The notes under the pieces are model-generated. The model made no database searches. It had not been told where the DNA came from and saw only the letters and a list, made by a program, of their open reading frames with translations. Below, in pieces: positions 19,925-32,717 of a stretch of 64,000 bases of DNA. The stretch is from Desulfobacterales bacterium (GTDB lineage Bacteria > Desulfobacterota > Desulfobacteria > Desulfobacterales > UBA2174). The stretch spans positions 1,056,001-1,120,000 of the forward strand of contig CAXXWC010000021.1 in the NCBI GenBank assembly GCA_963668645.2, read 5' to 3'. Numbering within the stretch: position 1 is the stretch's first letter; every line of letters starts with the position of its first letter. The translations under genes and the position numbers were made by a program.

Positions 19925-20497
19925 TCAGCCCATGCAGCTTACCACCGCATGGCGAAAACAGCCGGTTAAATGATCGTTGACCATTCCGGCCGCCTGCATG
20001 AAGGCGTAACAGATGGTCGGCCCCACGAAGGTAAACCCGCGCTGTTTCAGATCCCGGCTCATGGCGACCGCCTCGGGGCTAGTGACCGGCACCTCGGCCA
20101 TGGTGGCCCAGGCGTTTTGAATCGGCCGGCCCTCGACAAAACGCCACAGGTAGGCATCCAGGCTGCCGAATGCCTCGCACAGGTCCAGGCAGGCCCGGGC
20201 ATTGGCCACTGCCGACGCGATCTTGCGCCGGTTGCGCACGATGCCCGCATCGGCCATGAGGCGTTCGATTTGATCGGGGCCGTAGGCCGCCATCTTCCCC
20301 GGATCGAAGCCGTCGAAGGCCCTGCGGTAGTTGTCGCGCTTTTTGAGAATGGTCAGCCAGCTCAATCCGGCCTGGGCCCCGTCAAGAATCAAGGCTTCGA
20401 ACAGACGCCGATCCTCGTGCAGGGGAACCCCCCATTCGACATCATGGTACTGGATGTAAAGCGGGTCGGTGCCGGGCCATGGGCAGCGTATCGTCAT
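19925..20497 (-). CDS. tag: DNA-3-methyladenine glycosylase I
   Basis: RCPW..DPLY..YHD.EWG, QAGLSW.TIL.KR, GF.FVGPTICYAFMQA.G.VNDH...C. Confidence 0.95.
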   Translation of the reverse strand: MTIRCPWPGTDPLYIQYHDVEWGVPLHEDRRLFEALILDGAQAGLSWLTILKKRDNYRRAFDGFDPGKMAAYGPDQIERLMADAGIVRNRRKIASAVANARACLDLCEAFGSLDAYLWRFVEGRPIQNAWATMAEVPVTSPEAVAMSRDLKQRGFTFVGPTICYAFMQAAGMVNDHLTGCFRHAVVSCMG

Positions 20498-20765
20498 GGG
20501 GCACTCCCGGAGCCGCCACATGACGGCCATCTGAGGGTTATGGCGCCGTATCCGGCACCTGCATAGGATCTACTCTATTTTGCCCCGCCCTCTCCCGTCA
20601 ACCGGTATCCCTTCGTCAGCGCGCAAAGCCAGCCGGCAGGCTCACGGCCGACCCCGACGCAATTGCGGAAGAAAAGATATATGTTTCCACAGAAGAATAT
20701 CAGACCGGAACCATCTGCGGTCACTTCGGCCTCGCAGGGAATTGCTGCGGGCCGTTGGCAAGCAT

Positions 20766-20804
20766 TTGACATTCAACGGTTGAAAAAGTACCCTTCGCGG
20801 GTAC
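20766..20804 (+). promoter_or_regulatory. Sigma70-like promoter carrying two palindromes, upstream of the DUF3786-like gene
   Basis: TTGACA-17bp-TACCCT; the spacer holds TTCAAC-G-GTTGAA and the -10 overlaps GTACCC-TTCGC-GGGTAC. Confidence 0.45.
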
Positions 20805-20893
20805 ATCTGCTGTGGCAGCAGGCCCGATGGGATTGAAATCAACATCAAAGCGCGGCAAAGTCGCCCGGGCTTTGCGTGCGGTCACATTTTGAA

Positions 20894-21499
20894 ATGACGG
20901 ATAACTACGCCAAACTCGTCCGTGCCAACCTCGCACGCCTGGATTCCGAACGTATTGCCCGGCTAGCCCAATGGCTGCCGGCGCACCGAGAAAAGGATGA
21001 ATGGCACTTTGCGGCCTTCGGCCGCCGCTGCTGTCTTTCGCCGGCGGGCATCACCCTGGACGACCGGCCCGAACAAGGTGTTATGGGGATACTGATCTCC
21101 CTTTACGCGCTGCATGCAGGTCCGGCCCCCCTGGTGTTGACACCGCTCAAGGCCTACAAGGAATTTGAGGGCAGCGGCCCGTATGCCGGCGCTTTTGCCA
21201 GCCATACCGAAACGGTTCTGGTTCCCCATGTGGCCCGGCTCATGGCCCACGGCAGCCGGCTGCGCAAGAGCTTCGACGGCGACCCGACCCCGGCCGGAAC
21301 CCCGGGCGATGCGGCTTTTATGGTGCGCCCGCTGCCCAAGATCGCCCTGTGCTACATCCTCTACGCCGCCGACGAGGAGTTCCCGGCCGCGGCGACCTGC
21401 CTCTATTCAGCCAACGCGAACGCCTTTCTGCCCCTGGACGCCTTGGCCGACGTGGGCGAATACACTTCCCGGCGGCTCATCGAATTGGCAGCCGGCTGA
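20894..21499 (+). CDS. DUF3786-like hypothetical protein
   Basis: ILISLY..HA, YKEF.G..Y..AF, GDA.F...PLPKI.L..ILY.ADEEFPA....L....A..FLPLD.L pattern. Confidence 0.7.
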   Translation: MTDNYAKLVRANLARLDSERIARLAQWLPAHREKDEWHFAAFGRRCCLSPAGITLDDRPEQGVMGILISLYALHAGPAPLVLTPLKAYKEFEGSGPYAGAFASHTETVLVPHVARLMAHGSRLRKSFDGDPTPAGTPGDAAFMVRPLPKIALCYILYAADEEFPAAATCLYSANANAFLPLDALADVGEYTSRRLIELAAG

Positions 21500-21512
21500 C
21501 GAGCGGTCCGCC

Positions 21513-21758
21513 TCAGCGCTTCGCCTTTTTCGGGGTTCCGGGCACACCGCTTCCGGCTTGGCCGCCGTTCTTTTCGGCGATCCCCAGTTTGGCAAGGATG
21601 TCCTCCATCAAACACCAGCCGGTGACGGCCGATTGCAGCAGGTTCAATCCGACAAAGGCGGTGAAAAAAAGCCAGTAGCGGTTATGGAACCAGGCGAGGG
21701 CAACGGAAATCAGGATGAATGTACCCGCGATGGCACGGATGTATCGTTCCATTTTCAT
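21513..21758 (-). CDS. DUF2892/YgaP-like small membrane protein
   Basis: ER.IR.IAG..IL, FVG.NLLQSA.TGWC.M..IL..LG. Confidence 0.85.
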   Translation of the reverse strand: MKMERYIRAIAGTFILISVALAWFHNRYWLFFTAFVGLNLLQSAVTGWCLMEDILAKLGIAEKNGGQAGSGVPGTPKKAKR

Positions 21759-22188
21759 AGTCGTCTTCCTTTCCGCTTGCGTTGCTGATCCAGGCTGAGG
21801 GTCTCAAGCCCTGGGTGCCTTGTGCAACACTATTTCGGATTTGATCGATATAAACGGCACCGCGAGGTTCCCCGGCTTGCCGGGTTTCTCGAACCATTCG
21901 GATCGCCCCTGGGCCGTATTCGGCAAAGATAGCGTCACAACCGGGTTTTTTCAACTTGCCGTACCATGGAAATCGGAATCCAACGCTTTCGTCCTCGGGG
22001 AAACCGGCAGATTTCGGATTTCTCCGAAAAACCGCCAGAGCCAGCATTTACGATCGGAAATGGCGTGATCCTTCGATTGACTCAAACCACATTGACAGGG
22101 TAAAGCGTTTTCCGATTCGAATCCAAGGCAAAAGAGGGCACATTTTTTCATTTGCAGCAGACTATAGAAACCGTTATCGGAGGCCCAT

Positions 22189-23400
22189 TTGAACCGATCC
22201 GAAAGCCAAGCGACACCCGCGGCAAACGGATGCAAGCCCGATCTTCCCGAGCAGCGCCTGGAAACCCGCCAGCGTATCGTCTGGGGCGATGCCGCCGATC
22301 TTTCCGTTTTGACCGACCAAAGCATCGATCTGGTGGTCACCTCCCCACCTTACCCCATGATCGCCATGTGGGACGACGTTTTCAAAAGCCAATCGTCTGA
22401 GGTCGCCCGGGCCTTTTCCCGCAAAAACGGCATGGAGACCTTCGAGGCCATGCACCAGGTTCTGGACCGGGTATGGGATGAACTATGGCGGGTCCTGAAA
22501 CCCGGGGCCGTGGCCTGTATCAACATCGGCGACGCGGTGCGCACCATCGACGGGGTCTTCACCCTCTACCCCAACCATGCGCGGATTCTCGCGGCGCTGG
22601 TCCGCATCGGCTTCAATCCTTTGCCGGCCGTCATCTGGCGCAAGCAGACCAATGCACCCAACAAGTTCATGGGCTCGGGCATGCTCCCGGCCGGGGCCTA
22701 CGTGACCCTGGAGCACGAATTCGTCCTGGTGGTTCGCAAGGGCGACAAGCGCCCCTTTACCGCCCCCGAGGACAAGCTGCGCCGCCAGCAAAGCGCCTAT
22801 TTCTGGGAGGAGCGCAACCAGTGGTTTTCAGATGTCTGGTTCGAACTCAAAGGAACCCGCCAGAAACTGTCCCGAACCGAGCGCGCCCGCAGCGGAGCCT
22901 TTCCCCTGGAGCTGGCCTATCGTCTCATCTGCATGTACGCCCTGCGCGCGGACACGGTGCTCGATCCCTTCCTGGGTACCGGATCGACGCTGATCGCCGC
23001 CATGGCCGCCGGCCGGGCCGGCATCGGCGTAGAGATCGACCGGAGCCTGGAAAGCGCCATCCGCGCCGGCATCGATGAAGCGGTCCGCTGGGCCAACGCC
23101 CGTGTCGATCAGCGCCTTGCGAACCACGAGCAATTCGTCGCCGCCCGGATCGAATCCCACGGTCCTTTGCGCCATCGCAACGTCCATTATGGATTTCCGG
23201 TGGTCACCGCCCAGGAGACCCAGCTTTGGCTCGAACGTCCGACGGCGGTGCACCCCCTGTCCAAAGACGAATTCGCCGTCGTTTATGCGCCCATGGCCCC
23301 TGGCGGAGATCTGCAAAAGGCCCCGCAGCCCCCGGCACCGGCACCTGCCGGGTACAGCCAACCCGGCAGGGCCCACCAACTGCGCCTGCCAGACCCTTGA
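22189..23400 (+). CDS. Orphan beta-class DNA methyltransferase (N4-cytosine-type SPPY)
   Basis: Motif IV VVTSPPY precedes motif I VLDPFLGTGST (beta order); GGAGG RBS 5 nt before TTG 22189; no adjacent endonuclease. Confidence 0.88.
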   Translation: MNRSESQATPAANGCKPDLPEQRLETRQRIVWGDAADLSVLTDQSIDLVVTSPPYPMIAMWDDVFKSQSSEVARAFSRKNGMETFEAMHQVLDRVWDELWRVLKPGAVACINIGDAVRTIDGVFTLYPNHARILAALVRIGFNPLPAVIWRKQTNAPNKFMGSGMLPAGAYVTLEHEFVLVVRKGDKRPFTAPEDKLRRQQSAYFWEERNQWFSDVWFELKGTRQKLSRTERARSGAFPLELAYRLICMYALRADTVLDPFLGTGSTLIAAMAAGRAGIGVEIDRSLESAIRAGIDEAVRWANARVDQRLANHEQFVAARIESHGPLRHRNVHYGFPVVTAQETQLWLERPTAVHPLSKDEFAVVYAPMAPGGDLQKAPQPPAPAPAGYSQPGRAHQLRLPDP

Positions 23401-23627
23401 AGCGACCCTGACGATAAAGCCTCTTCTCCTAATTGGCATGAACCTTGAGAACTGAACGAATCGGCATATCCCGTTAAACGGCCCATCCGCGCCAGGCTCC
23501 TTTTGAGGCCGCCCTTTGTTTCCAGAACAACTAAAAAATCATCTTTACTTTTCAGTCCATCTAATATTTATTCCCCCACGATCCGCGCTATCCTGCAGCC
23601 CGTACCGTCAGCTCAAAAGGAGACACC

Positions 23628-26828
<3,201 letters not shown>

Positions 26829-26976
26829 TCTTCCGCGGTCCAGCACCCAGGCGGCCGGTTCCACGGGACCGGCCGCAAAAAAATCCCAGCCGGCAAAACG
26901 CATATGTGGTAAAAAAGAGTACCCGAACCATCGGTTGCCATGGGCCGTGACCTGCCCGTTGCCAGAGACTTGAATC

Positions 26977-27531
26977 ATGAACGTGACCCGTACCCCCATC
27001 CAAGATCTGGTCATCCTCGATCCCCGGGTTTTTGGAGACGCGCGGGGTTATTTTTTCGAGACCTATAACCAGGACACGTTCGAGCGCCTGGGAATCCGGA
27101 TTCACTGGGTGCAGGACAACCACAGCCGCTCTGAGGCGGGTGTGCTGCGCGGTTTGCACTATCAGGCCGGCGCCAGCGCCCAGGACAAGTTGGTGCGCGT
27201 GACCGCCGGAGCCGCCTTCGACGTGGCGGTGGACTTGCGCCGCGCCAGTAAGAGCTTCGGGCGCTGGTTCGGGGTTGAACTCAGCGCCGAAAACAAACGC
27301 ATGCTGCTCATTCCCAGAGGCTTCGCTCACGGCTTCCTGGCCCTGGCCCAAGGCACCGAAGTGCAATACAAGTGCTCGCAGCGCTACGACCCGGCCGCCG
27401 AGCGCGGAATCATCTGGAACGATGCGACACTGGCCATCGCCTGGCCCCTGTCCTCCGGTTCACCGTTGCTTTCCGAACGGGACCGGGCCTGGCCGGAGCT
27501 TGCCGCCGTCGCCAGGGAGGATCTGTTTTGA
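26977..27531 (+). CDS. rfbC: dTDP-4-dehydrorhamnose 3,5-epimerase
   Basis: FGD.RGYF.E, QDNHS.S..GVLRGLHYQ, DVAVDLR, GFAHGF. Confidence 0.95.
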   Translation: MNVTRTPIQDLVILDPRVFGDARGYFFETYNQDTFERLGIRIHWVQDNHSRSEAGVLRGLHYQAGASAQDKLVRVTAGAAFDVAVDLRRASKSFGRWFGVELSAENKRMLLIPRGFAHGFLALAQGTEVQYKCSQRYDPAAERGIIWNDATLAIAWPLSSGSPLLSERDRAWPELAAVAREDLF

Positions 27532-28382
27532 GCCGCATTCTGGTCACCGGCTGCCGCGGAATGCTCGGACGCACCCTGATACGGCAGATCGGTGCCGATC
27601 ATGAGGTGATCGGCACCGATCTGCCGGACGTGGACCTGACCCGGCCCGCAGCGACGGATGTGCTTGTCGGCGGTGTGAAGGCTGCGGTGGTGGTTCACAC
27701 GGCGGCCTTTACCGCCGTGGACCGCTGCGAAAGCGAACCGGACCTTGCCTTTGCGGCCAACGCCCTGGCCACAACCAACCTGGCTGCGGCCTGCCACCGG
27801 CACGGTGCCCGCCTGATCGCCATCGGCACGGACTACGTTTTTTCCGGCGAGCTGGAGGACCGCCCCTACCATGAATGGGACCGGCCGGACCCGCGCACCG
27901 TCTACGGCCAAAGCAAGCTGGCCGGAGAAGCGGCCGTGACCCGCCACTGCCCGGATCACACCATCTTGCGCATCGCCTGGCTCTATGGCCCTGGAGGACC
28001 GAGCTTCGTGCACACGATGCTCAAACTGGGGGCCCAAGACGGGCCGCCCCTCAAGGTGGTCAACGACCAGAGGGGCAACCCGACCAGCACGGATGTGGTG
28101 GCAGCGGTGATCGGCCGGCTGCTGGACCACCCGCTTGCCGGCACCGTGCATGCCACCTGTGAAGGGGAAACGACGTGGTACGAACTGGCCCGCACGATTT
28201 TTGAAATGCGCGGTTTCTCGCGGCCGATCGTGCCGTGCACCAGCGCCGAATTTCCGCGCCCGGCGCCGCGGCCGGCCAACTCACGTCTGGAAAAGCGGGT
28301 TTGGCGCCTGGCGGGGATGCCGGCGCTGCCCGACTGGCGCGAAGCGCTGGAACGATTCTTTAGAGCGCACCCGGCCGGATAG
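27528..28382 (+). CDS. rfbD: dTDP-4-dehydrorhamnose reductase
   Basis: ILVTG.RGMLG, AAFTAVD.CE, TDYVF.G, YGQSKLAGE (YxxxK), DQ.G.PT, PA.RP.NS.L; TTGA overlap with rfbC. Confidence 0.93.
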   Translation: MSRILVTGCRGMLGRTLIRQIGADHEVIGTDLPDVDLTRPAATDVLVGGVKAAVVVHTAAFTAVDRCESEPDLAFAANALATTNLAAACHRHGARLIAIGTDYVFSGELEDRPYHEWDRPDPRTVYGQSKLAGEAAVTRHCPDHTILRIAWLYGPGGPSFVHTMLKLGAQDGPPLKVVNDQRGNPTSTDVVAAVIGRLLDHPLAGTVHATCEGETTWYELARTIFEMRGFSRPIVPCTSAEFPRPAPRPANSRLEKRVWRLAGMPALPDWREALERFFRAHPAG

Positions 28383-28392
28383 GAGGCCTGGA

Positions 28393-29403
28393 TCAGGGAA
28401 GAACGGACCGATCGGCATCTCGGATAGGGCCTCCTTGGCAGGCACAACTTGAACGCAGCCCGGACGATTCCGGCCGGGGCGGCGAAGATCGCATTGAGGC
28501 TCCGACCTCCACCGCCGGACTTGCCATTTTTCCGATCCTCTCTTCGACCAGATAGGCATCCGCGGCCCTTTTACCGACCTTCGCGCCTGCATCATGGGCG
28601 GGCTTCTTCCAACCTGGTAAAACGAAACGGTTAAAAGTCTCGGGCACGCAGACCCTGCCCCCGCCTTCCAGTTCGATTACATCGACGCAGGTATTGTAAA
28701 GCCGGTAAAGGTTGGCCTGGGTGACCACCTCGCCCGCGGTCCCTTCGGCCACCACCCGCCCGTTTTCGAGCATGATCACGCGGTCGGATACCCACAGGGC
28801 ATGGTCCGGAAAGTGGGTGGTCTTGATGAAGGTATAGCCGTCGCGGGCCAGATCGGCGATGCGCTCCAGAAGGCGCACTTGGTTGCCGTAGTCCAGCCCG
28901 TTGGCCGGTTCGTCCATGATGAAGATATCCGCCGCCTGGACAAGGGCGCGGGCGATGAGCACCAGTTGGCGCTCGCCGCCGCTGATGCCGGTGTAGGGCC
29001 GGTCTTTGAGGTGGCCGATGGAAAGCCGGTCCAGAGCCTTGAGGGCCATCTTTCGGTCCGCGGCACCGAAGCGAAAAAAGAACGGCTTGTGGGGCATGCG
29101 GCCCATGAGCACCACGTCCAGCACCCGGTAGCCGAAGGCCGCCAGATGGATCTGGGGCACATAGGCGATGCGCCGGGCTCTTTGCCGCGGAGCGATGGCT
29201 GTCACCGGCCGGCCGTCCAGCCGCACCTGGCCCTGCCAGGGCCGGGTGAGACCGAGCAGCAGCTTGAGCAGCGTGGTCTTGCCGCTGCCGTTGGGCCCCA
29301 GCAGGCACACAACCTCGCCGGGGGCCACGGCGAGCGAGACGTCTTCGAGGACCGGCAGGCGTGTGTAGCCGAAAGTGATGTGATCGACGCTGATCAGGGC
29401 CAT
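28393..29403 (-). CDS. ABC transporter ATP-binding protein (FepC/BtuD-type)
   Basis: GPNGSGKTT, YVPQ, ISGGERQ, MDEP...LDYGNQ, TTH.PDHA. Confidence 0.92.
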   Translation of the reverse strand: MALISVDHITFGYTRLPVLEDVSLAVAPGEVVCLLGPNGSGKTTLLKLLLGLTRPWQGQVRLDGRPVTAIAPRQRARRIAYVPQIHLAAFGYRVLDVVLMGRMPHKPFFFRFGAADRKMALKALDRLSIGHLKDRPYTGISGGERQLVLIARALVQAADIFIMDEPANGLDYGNQVRLLERIADLARDGYTFIKTTHFPDHALWVSDRVIMLENGRVVAEGTAGEVVTQANLYRLYNTCVDVIELEGGGRVCVPETFNRFVLPGWKKPAHDAGAKVGKRAADAYLVEERIGKMASPAVEVGASMRSSPPRPESSGLRSSCACQGGPIRDADRSVLP

Positions 29404-30416
29404 CAGTGCCATCCTTTCCTGGCCTTGTGCAGCACGAAGGCGAAAAAGGGGATGCCGATCAGGGAGGTCAGTATCCCGATGGGCACTTCCACACTGAAAA
29501 GCAGCCGGGCGATGTTGTCGGCAATCAACAGGTAAGTTGCCCCGATGAGGGCTGCTGCCGGCAGCAGGATGCGGTTGTCCGGTCCCACGAGCATGCGGGC
29601 GATGTGGGGCACCAGCAGCCCCACCCAGCCGATGATACCGCCCAGCACCACGGTCAGGGCGCTGGTCACGGTGGCCAGAAAGATGAACAGCAGCCGCAGC
29701 AGGCCGACGTTGACGCCCAGGGTGCGCGCCTCTTCGTCCCCCATGCTCAGCACGTTGAGGTATCCGCCCAGCAACACCAAAACGAGCGTGCCGCCGGCCA
29801 TGGGCCCGGTGGCGGCCAGGACCGTGGCCCGGTCGACGGCCGAAAGGCCGCCCATCAGCCAGTAAATAATGGCCGGGAGCTGTTCGTAAGGATCGGCCAG
29901 ATATTTGACCACCGACAACAGCGAGGTAAAGAGCGCGCCGCTGACGATGCCGCCCAGGATCAGCATCAGCAGCCGATCGGAGCGGTTAAAGGCCGACACG
30001 GCCAGGGCTGCCACTACGGCGATCAGGCCGAAACCGAAAGCCAAAGCCTGCACCATCCACCAGCTGCCGGCCAGGATCATGCCCACCGCGGCACCGAAGG
30101 AAGCCCCGGCCAGCACGCCCAGAAGCCCCGGGGAAACCAGAGGATTGATAAACATCGACTGAAATACCGCCCCGGAAACCGAAAGGGCCGCGCCGATGAG
30201 TACGGCGGCCATAATGCGTGGCAGACGGATATCGACCAGAACGTTGGCGATGATATGGGTCTGCCGGTCTGCAAGGGCCGGGGTATGAGAGAAGAGGCAG
30301 CCGCAAAAATCGGCCAGTTGCGCGCCGGTGACCGGGTAACGGCCCAGGGTGAGGGAAAAGCCGGCCGCCAGGCAGAGTATTACGAGCAGCACCGGGATGA
30401 TCAGCGCTCGCTTCAC
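29403..30416 (-). CDS. ABC transporter permease (FecCD/BtuC family)
   Basis: DIRLPR, GA.LS.SGA.FQ..F.NPL.SP..LG, GDEEARTLGV, G.IGWVGL.VPHIAR; GTG start overlaps the SBP stop (GTGA). Confidence 0.92.
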   Translation of the reverse strand: MKRALIIPVLLVILCLAAGFSLTLGRYPVTGAQLADFCGCLFSHTPALADRQTHIIANVLVDIRLPRIMAAVLIGAALSVSGAVFQSMFINPLVSPGLLGVLAGASFGAAVGMILAGSWWMVQALAFGFGLIAVVAALAVSAFNRSDRLLMLILGGIVSGALFTSLLSVVKYLADPYEQLPAIIYWLMGGLSAVDRATVLAATGPMAGGTLVLVLLGGYLNVLSMGDEEARTLGVNVGLLRLLFIFLATVTSALTVVLGGIIGWVGLLVPHIARMLVGPDNRILLPAAALIGATYLLIADNIARLLFSVEVPIGILTSLIGIPFFAFVLHKARKGWH

Positions 30417-31447
30417 GGCGCAAGCAGGGCCCGCAATGCGGCGCCATCCAGGTCCACGTCGAGAAAGAGCCGGCAAAATCGGAGGGTCTCGGCCTCGATA
30501 TCGATGGGGTAAAGGGCCGGATAGAGCCGATGCATCATCCAGTGCAGCCCGAGCAGGCGCATGAACGAGGGCGGCCGGTCGAACCAGTTAAACGGTTCGA
30601 CCGGAATCCGGTACACCCGGCCGTCACGCACCGCACGGATGTTGCGCCACCTGGCATCGCCGGCCAGCCGGTCGAGGAAAAGCGCGTTGTGGGAGACGAT
30701 GACCTGCGGATCGTAGGCCAGGACCTGCTCCATGGAAACCTTCTGCCTGCCGCTGCGTACCCGTTGGATGCAACGATGGACGTTGCGGCCGCCGCTCAGG
30801 GGGATCAACTGGGCGTGCACCGAGTCGTTGCACTCGGTGCTCAACCCGTCGCCGTCTTCGGCGTAGTAGACCGCTGTGCGTTCATCGTCCGCAATGGCGG
30901 TTCGCACCCGGGCCGCAGCATCGAGGGTCTGGGCCGCGTAACGGCCGAGGGTCGCGGCCCGCTCCGGGCGATCGAGCAGCCGGCCGAGGAAAGCGAAGGC
31001 CTCGGCATAGCCCTCCAGGTCATCGAGCACGATGTAGACGAACGGAATATCCAAAGGCTTCAGAGCCTGCTCGATCTTGTCGCAGGACGCGTCCCCCCGC
31101 CACCACCAGACCAGGATGACGTCCGGGTGCACCGCCATCAGGGTTTCGCGATTGCAGGTGCGGCCCTGGCCGAACCAGCCGCCGATTACCGGCAATGTTT
31201 CCAGGCGTGCAAAGTATCGTTTTTCCGTCGCCGTGAGCGGAACGTTCAGCCCGGCCACCAGACCGGGGTCCATGGCGTAGATCATGTAAGTGGTCGGTGG
31301 AGAAGTACCGTACACCTTGCCGATCGTGGCCGGGACGGTGACCTGCCGCCCGCTCATGTCAATGATCTGGCGCGCCTGGGCCGCTGCGCCCCATGCCATC
31401 AGAAAAACCCACGCCATGACCAGCGGCTTGGTTGCGACTCTGTGCAT
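30413..31447 (-). CDS. Periplasmic metal-chelate/cobalamin-type substrate-binding protein (FecB/BtuF fold)
   Basis: Signal peptide ending AAAQA, D..GR.V.VP, LPVIGGWFG, N.E.L...PDVI, VS.EQVL..DP.VI, W..I.AV..G.VY..P..PF.WFDRPPS; GGAGG RBS. Confidence 0.88.
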   Translation of the reverse strand: MHRVATKPLVMAWVFLMAWGAAAQARQIIDMSGRQVTVPATIGKVYGTSPPTTYMIYAMDPGLVAGLNVPLTATEKRYFARLETLPVIGGWFGQGRTCNRETLMAVHPDVILVWWWRGDASCDKIEQALKPLDIPFVYIVLDDLEGYAEAFAFLGRLLDRPERAATLGRYAAQTLDAAARVRTAIADDERTAVYYAEDGDGLSTECNDSVHAQLIPLSGGRNVHRCIQRVRSGRQKVSMEQVLAYDPQVIVSHNALFLDRLAGDARWRNIRAVRDGRVYRIPVEPFNWFDRPPSFMRLLGLHWMMHRLYPALYPIDIEAETLRFCRLFLDVDLDGAALRALLAP

Positions 31448-31706
31448 CCGGCCTCCTAATCGCCTTAAACAGCTATGGTGGATCCAGGCATGGAGGCGCC
31501 GGGCGGCAGTACGTGACGGCATAAGCGCCTTGGCCCTCCTGCCAGTGCCGGTGGCGGGCGGGTTTTGCCATGGCATAGCAGGCCTGCGGCTGCCGGGTTA
31601 CCACGGCCAGGGCCGCTGCGATACACTCCAGGCGCTCTTCGAGGCAGCAGGCCAGGATCACGGCCCGGCCGGCGGCGCCGTGAGCAGACGTCGCAGTGCC
31701 CCAGGC

Positions 31707-32333
31707 TCATTTGCGAATTACCATCCACAGGCCTACGTCCTCGTCGTCCACAATGGAAAAAGACGTGATTGCGGCCTTTTCGAGAGATGACAGAAAAAGG
31801 GTGTTCGTCTCCGGGCCCAGGTTGCGGCGCACTTTTTGGGAAAAAGGTTCGCCGGCGGCCCGGCGCGCCGCCATCTGCCGTTCAATGTCCTCGCGCAGTT
31901 GCCGGGATCCGAATCCGCCGCCGATATAGGCCCAGCCCCCCGGGGCCAGCACGCGATAAATCTCGGATAGGGCCCGGGGCAGGTCCGTCCAGAAAAAAAC
32001 CGACCCGCGGCTGACGGCCAGATCCACCACATTGTCCTTCAGTCCGATATCGGTCACGATTCCCTGAAGCGTCGCGGCGCGCTGTCCAAGGCCGTTTTCC
32101 ACGATTGTACGCTCGGCGATGGCGAGCATTTCGGCAGACTGGTCGAAAAAACGCACGAACAGATCGCTGATCCGGCCCAGGGCCGCACCGAGGTATCCCC
32201 CGCCGCAGCCGATATCCAGACAAAGCCCCTGCCTCACGCCGGTGCGGGCGATGATCTGCTCGGCGATGAGCGGATAGACCGGGGCAAACACGCTGCGGGC
32301 GATCCGATCGAACTGTTGGGCATCTATTTTCAT
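31707..32333 (-). CDS. Class I SAM-dependent methyltransferase
   Basis: CLDIGCGGGYL motif I, DLAVSRGS.FFW.D, EIYRVL.PGG..YIGGGFG. Confidence 0.9.
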   Translation of the reverse strand: MKIDAQQFDRIARSVFAPVYPLIAEQIIARTGVRQGLCLDIGCGGGYLGAALGRISDLFVRFFDQSAEMLAIAERTIVENGLGQRAATLQGIVTDIGLKDNVVDLAVSRGSVFFWTDLPRALSEIYRVLAPGGWAYIGGGFGSRQLREDIERQMAARRAAGEPFSQKVRRNLGPETNTLFLSSLEKAAITSFSIVDDEDVGLWMVIRK

Positions 32334-32717
32334 GGCGTGCTCTTTCCGTGAAAAGATTGCTGCAAGAAAGGCAGGTTAAGGCCCTACCTAATGCATGCTA
32401 TAAAAGTCAAGTAATTTTTATAAAATACAATCTTGTTTAACCCGCCGACAGAAAGGGCGGAAAGGTTCGTGTTCGGGTCCATCACGTCAGGATGTGCCTC
32501 TAAATCAATAGATGGCCGAAAGTGCAGAAAAACCGTCCCGCAGAAATCCTTCATGGGCCAGAGCAGGCTATAAAGTACAAATCCAACGGATTATCGAGTA
32601 CTTGTCAGCAACACCGGCCAAGCCCGAGAAAACGGCCTGATTGGGTCCAGGCGACGTTTTTGAATGGCGTCATGTACTGTTTTTCAAATCCGGCGCGCAG
32701 CTCCTGGCCGTTGGGGC

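Noticed and set aside
26851..26883. Strong hairpin GCGGCCGGTTCC-AC-GGGACCGGCCGC after carB
   Set aside because: Followed by an A-run rather than a U-run, so it is not a canonical intrinsic terminator in either direction; at most an mRNA-stabilising stem.
28393..28640. ~75-aa C-terminal extension of the ABC ATPase
   Set aside because: Low complexity with no domain signature; probably stop-codon drift.
32334..32717. Possible cobalamin or Moco riboswitch before the methyltransferase-ABC operon
   Set aside because: No B12-box or Moco-RNA conserved elements recognisable by eye; an Rfam scan would be needed to exclude it fully.
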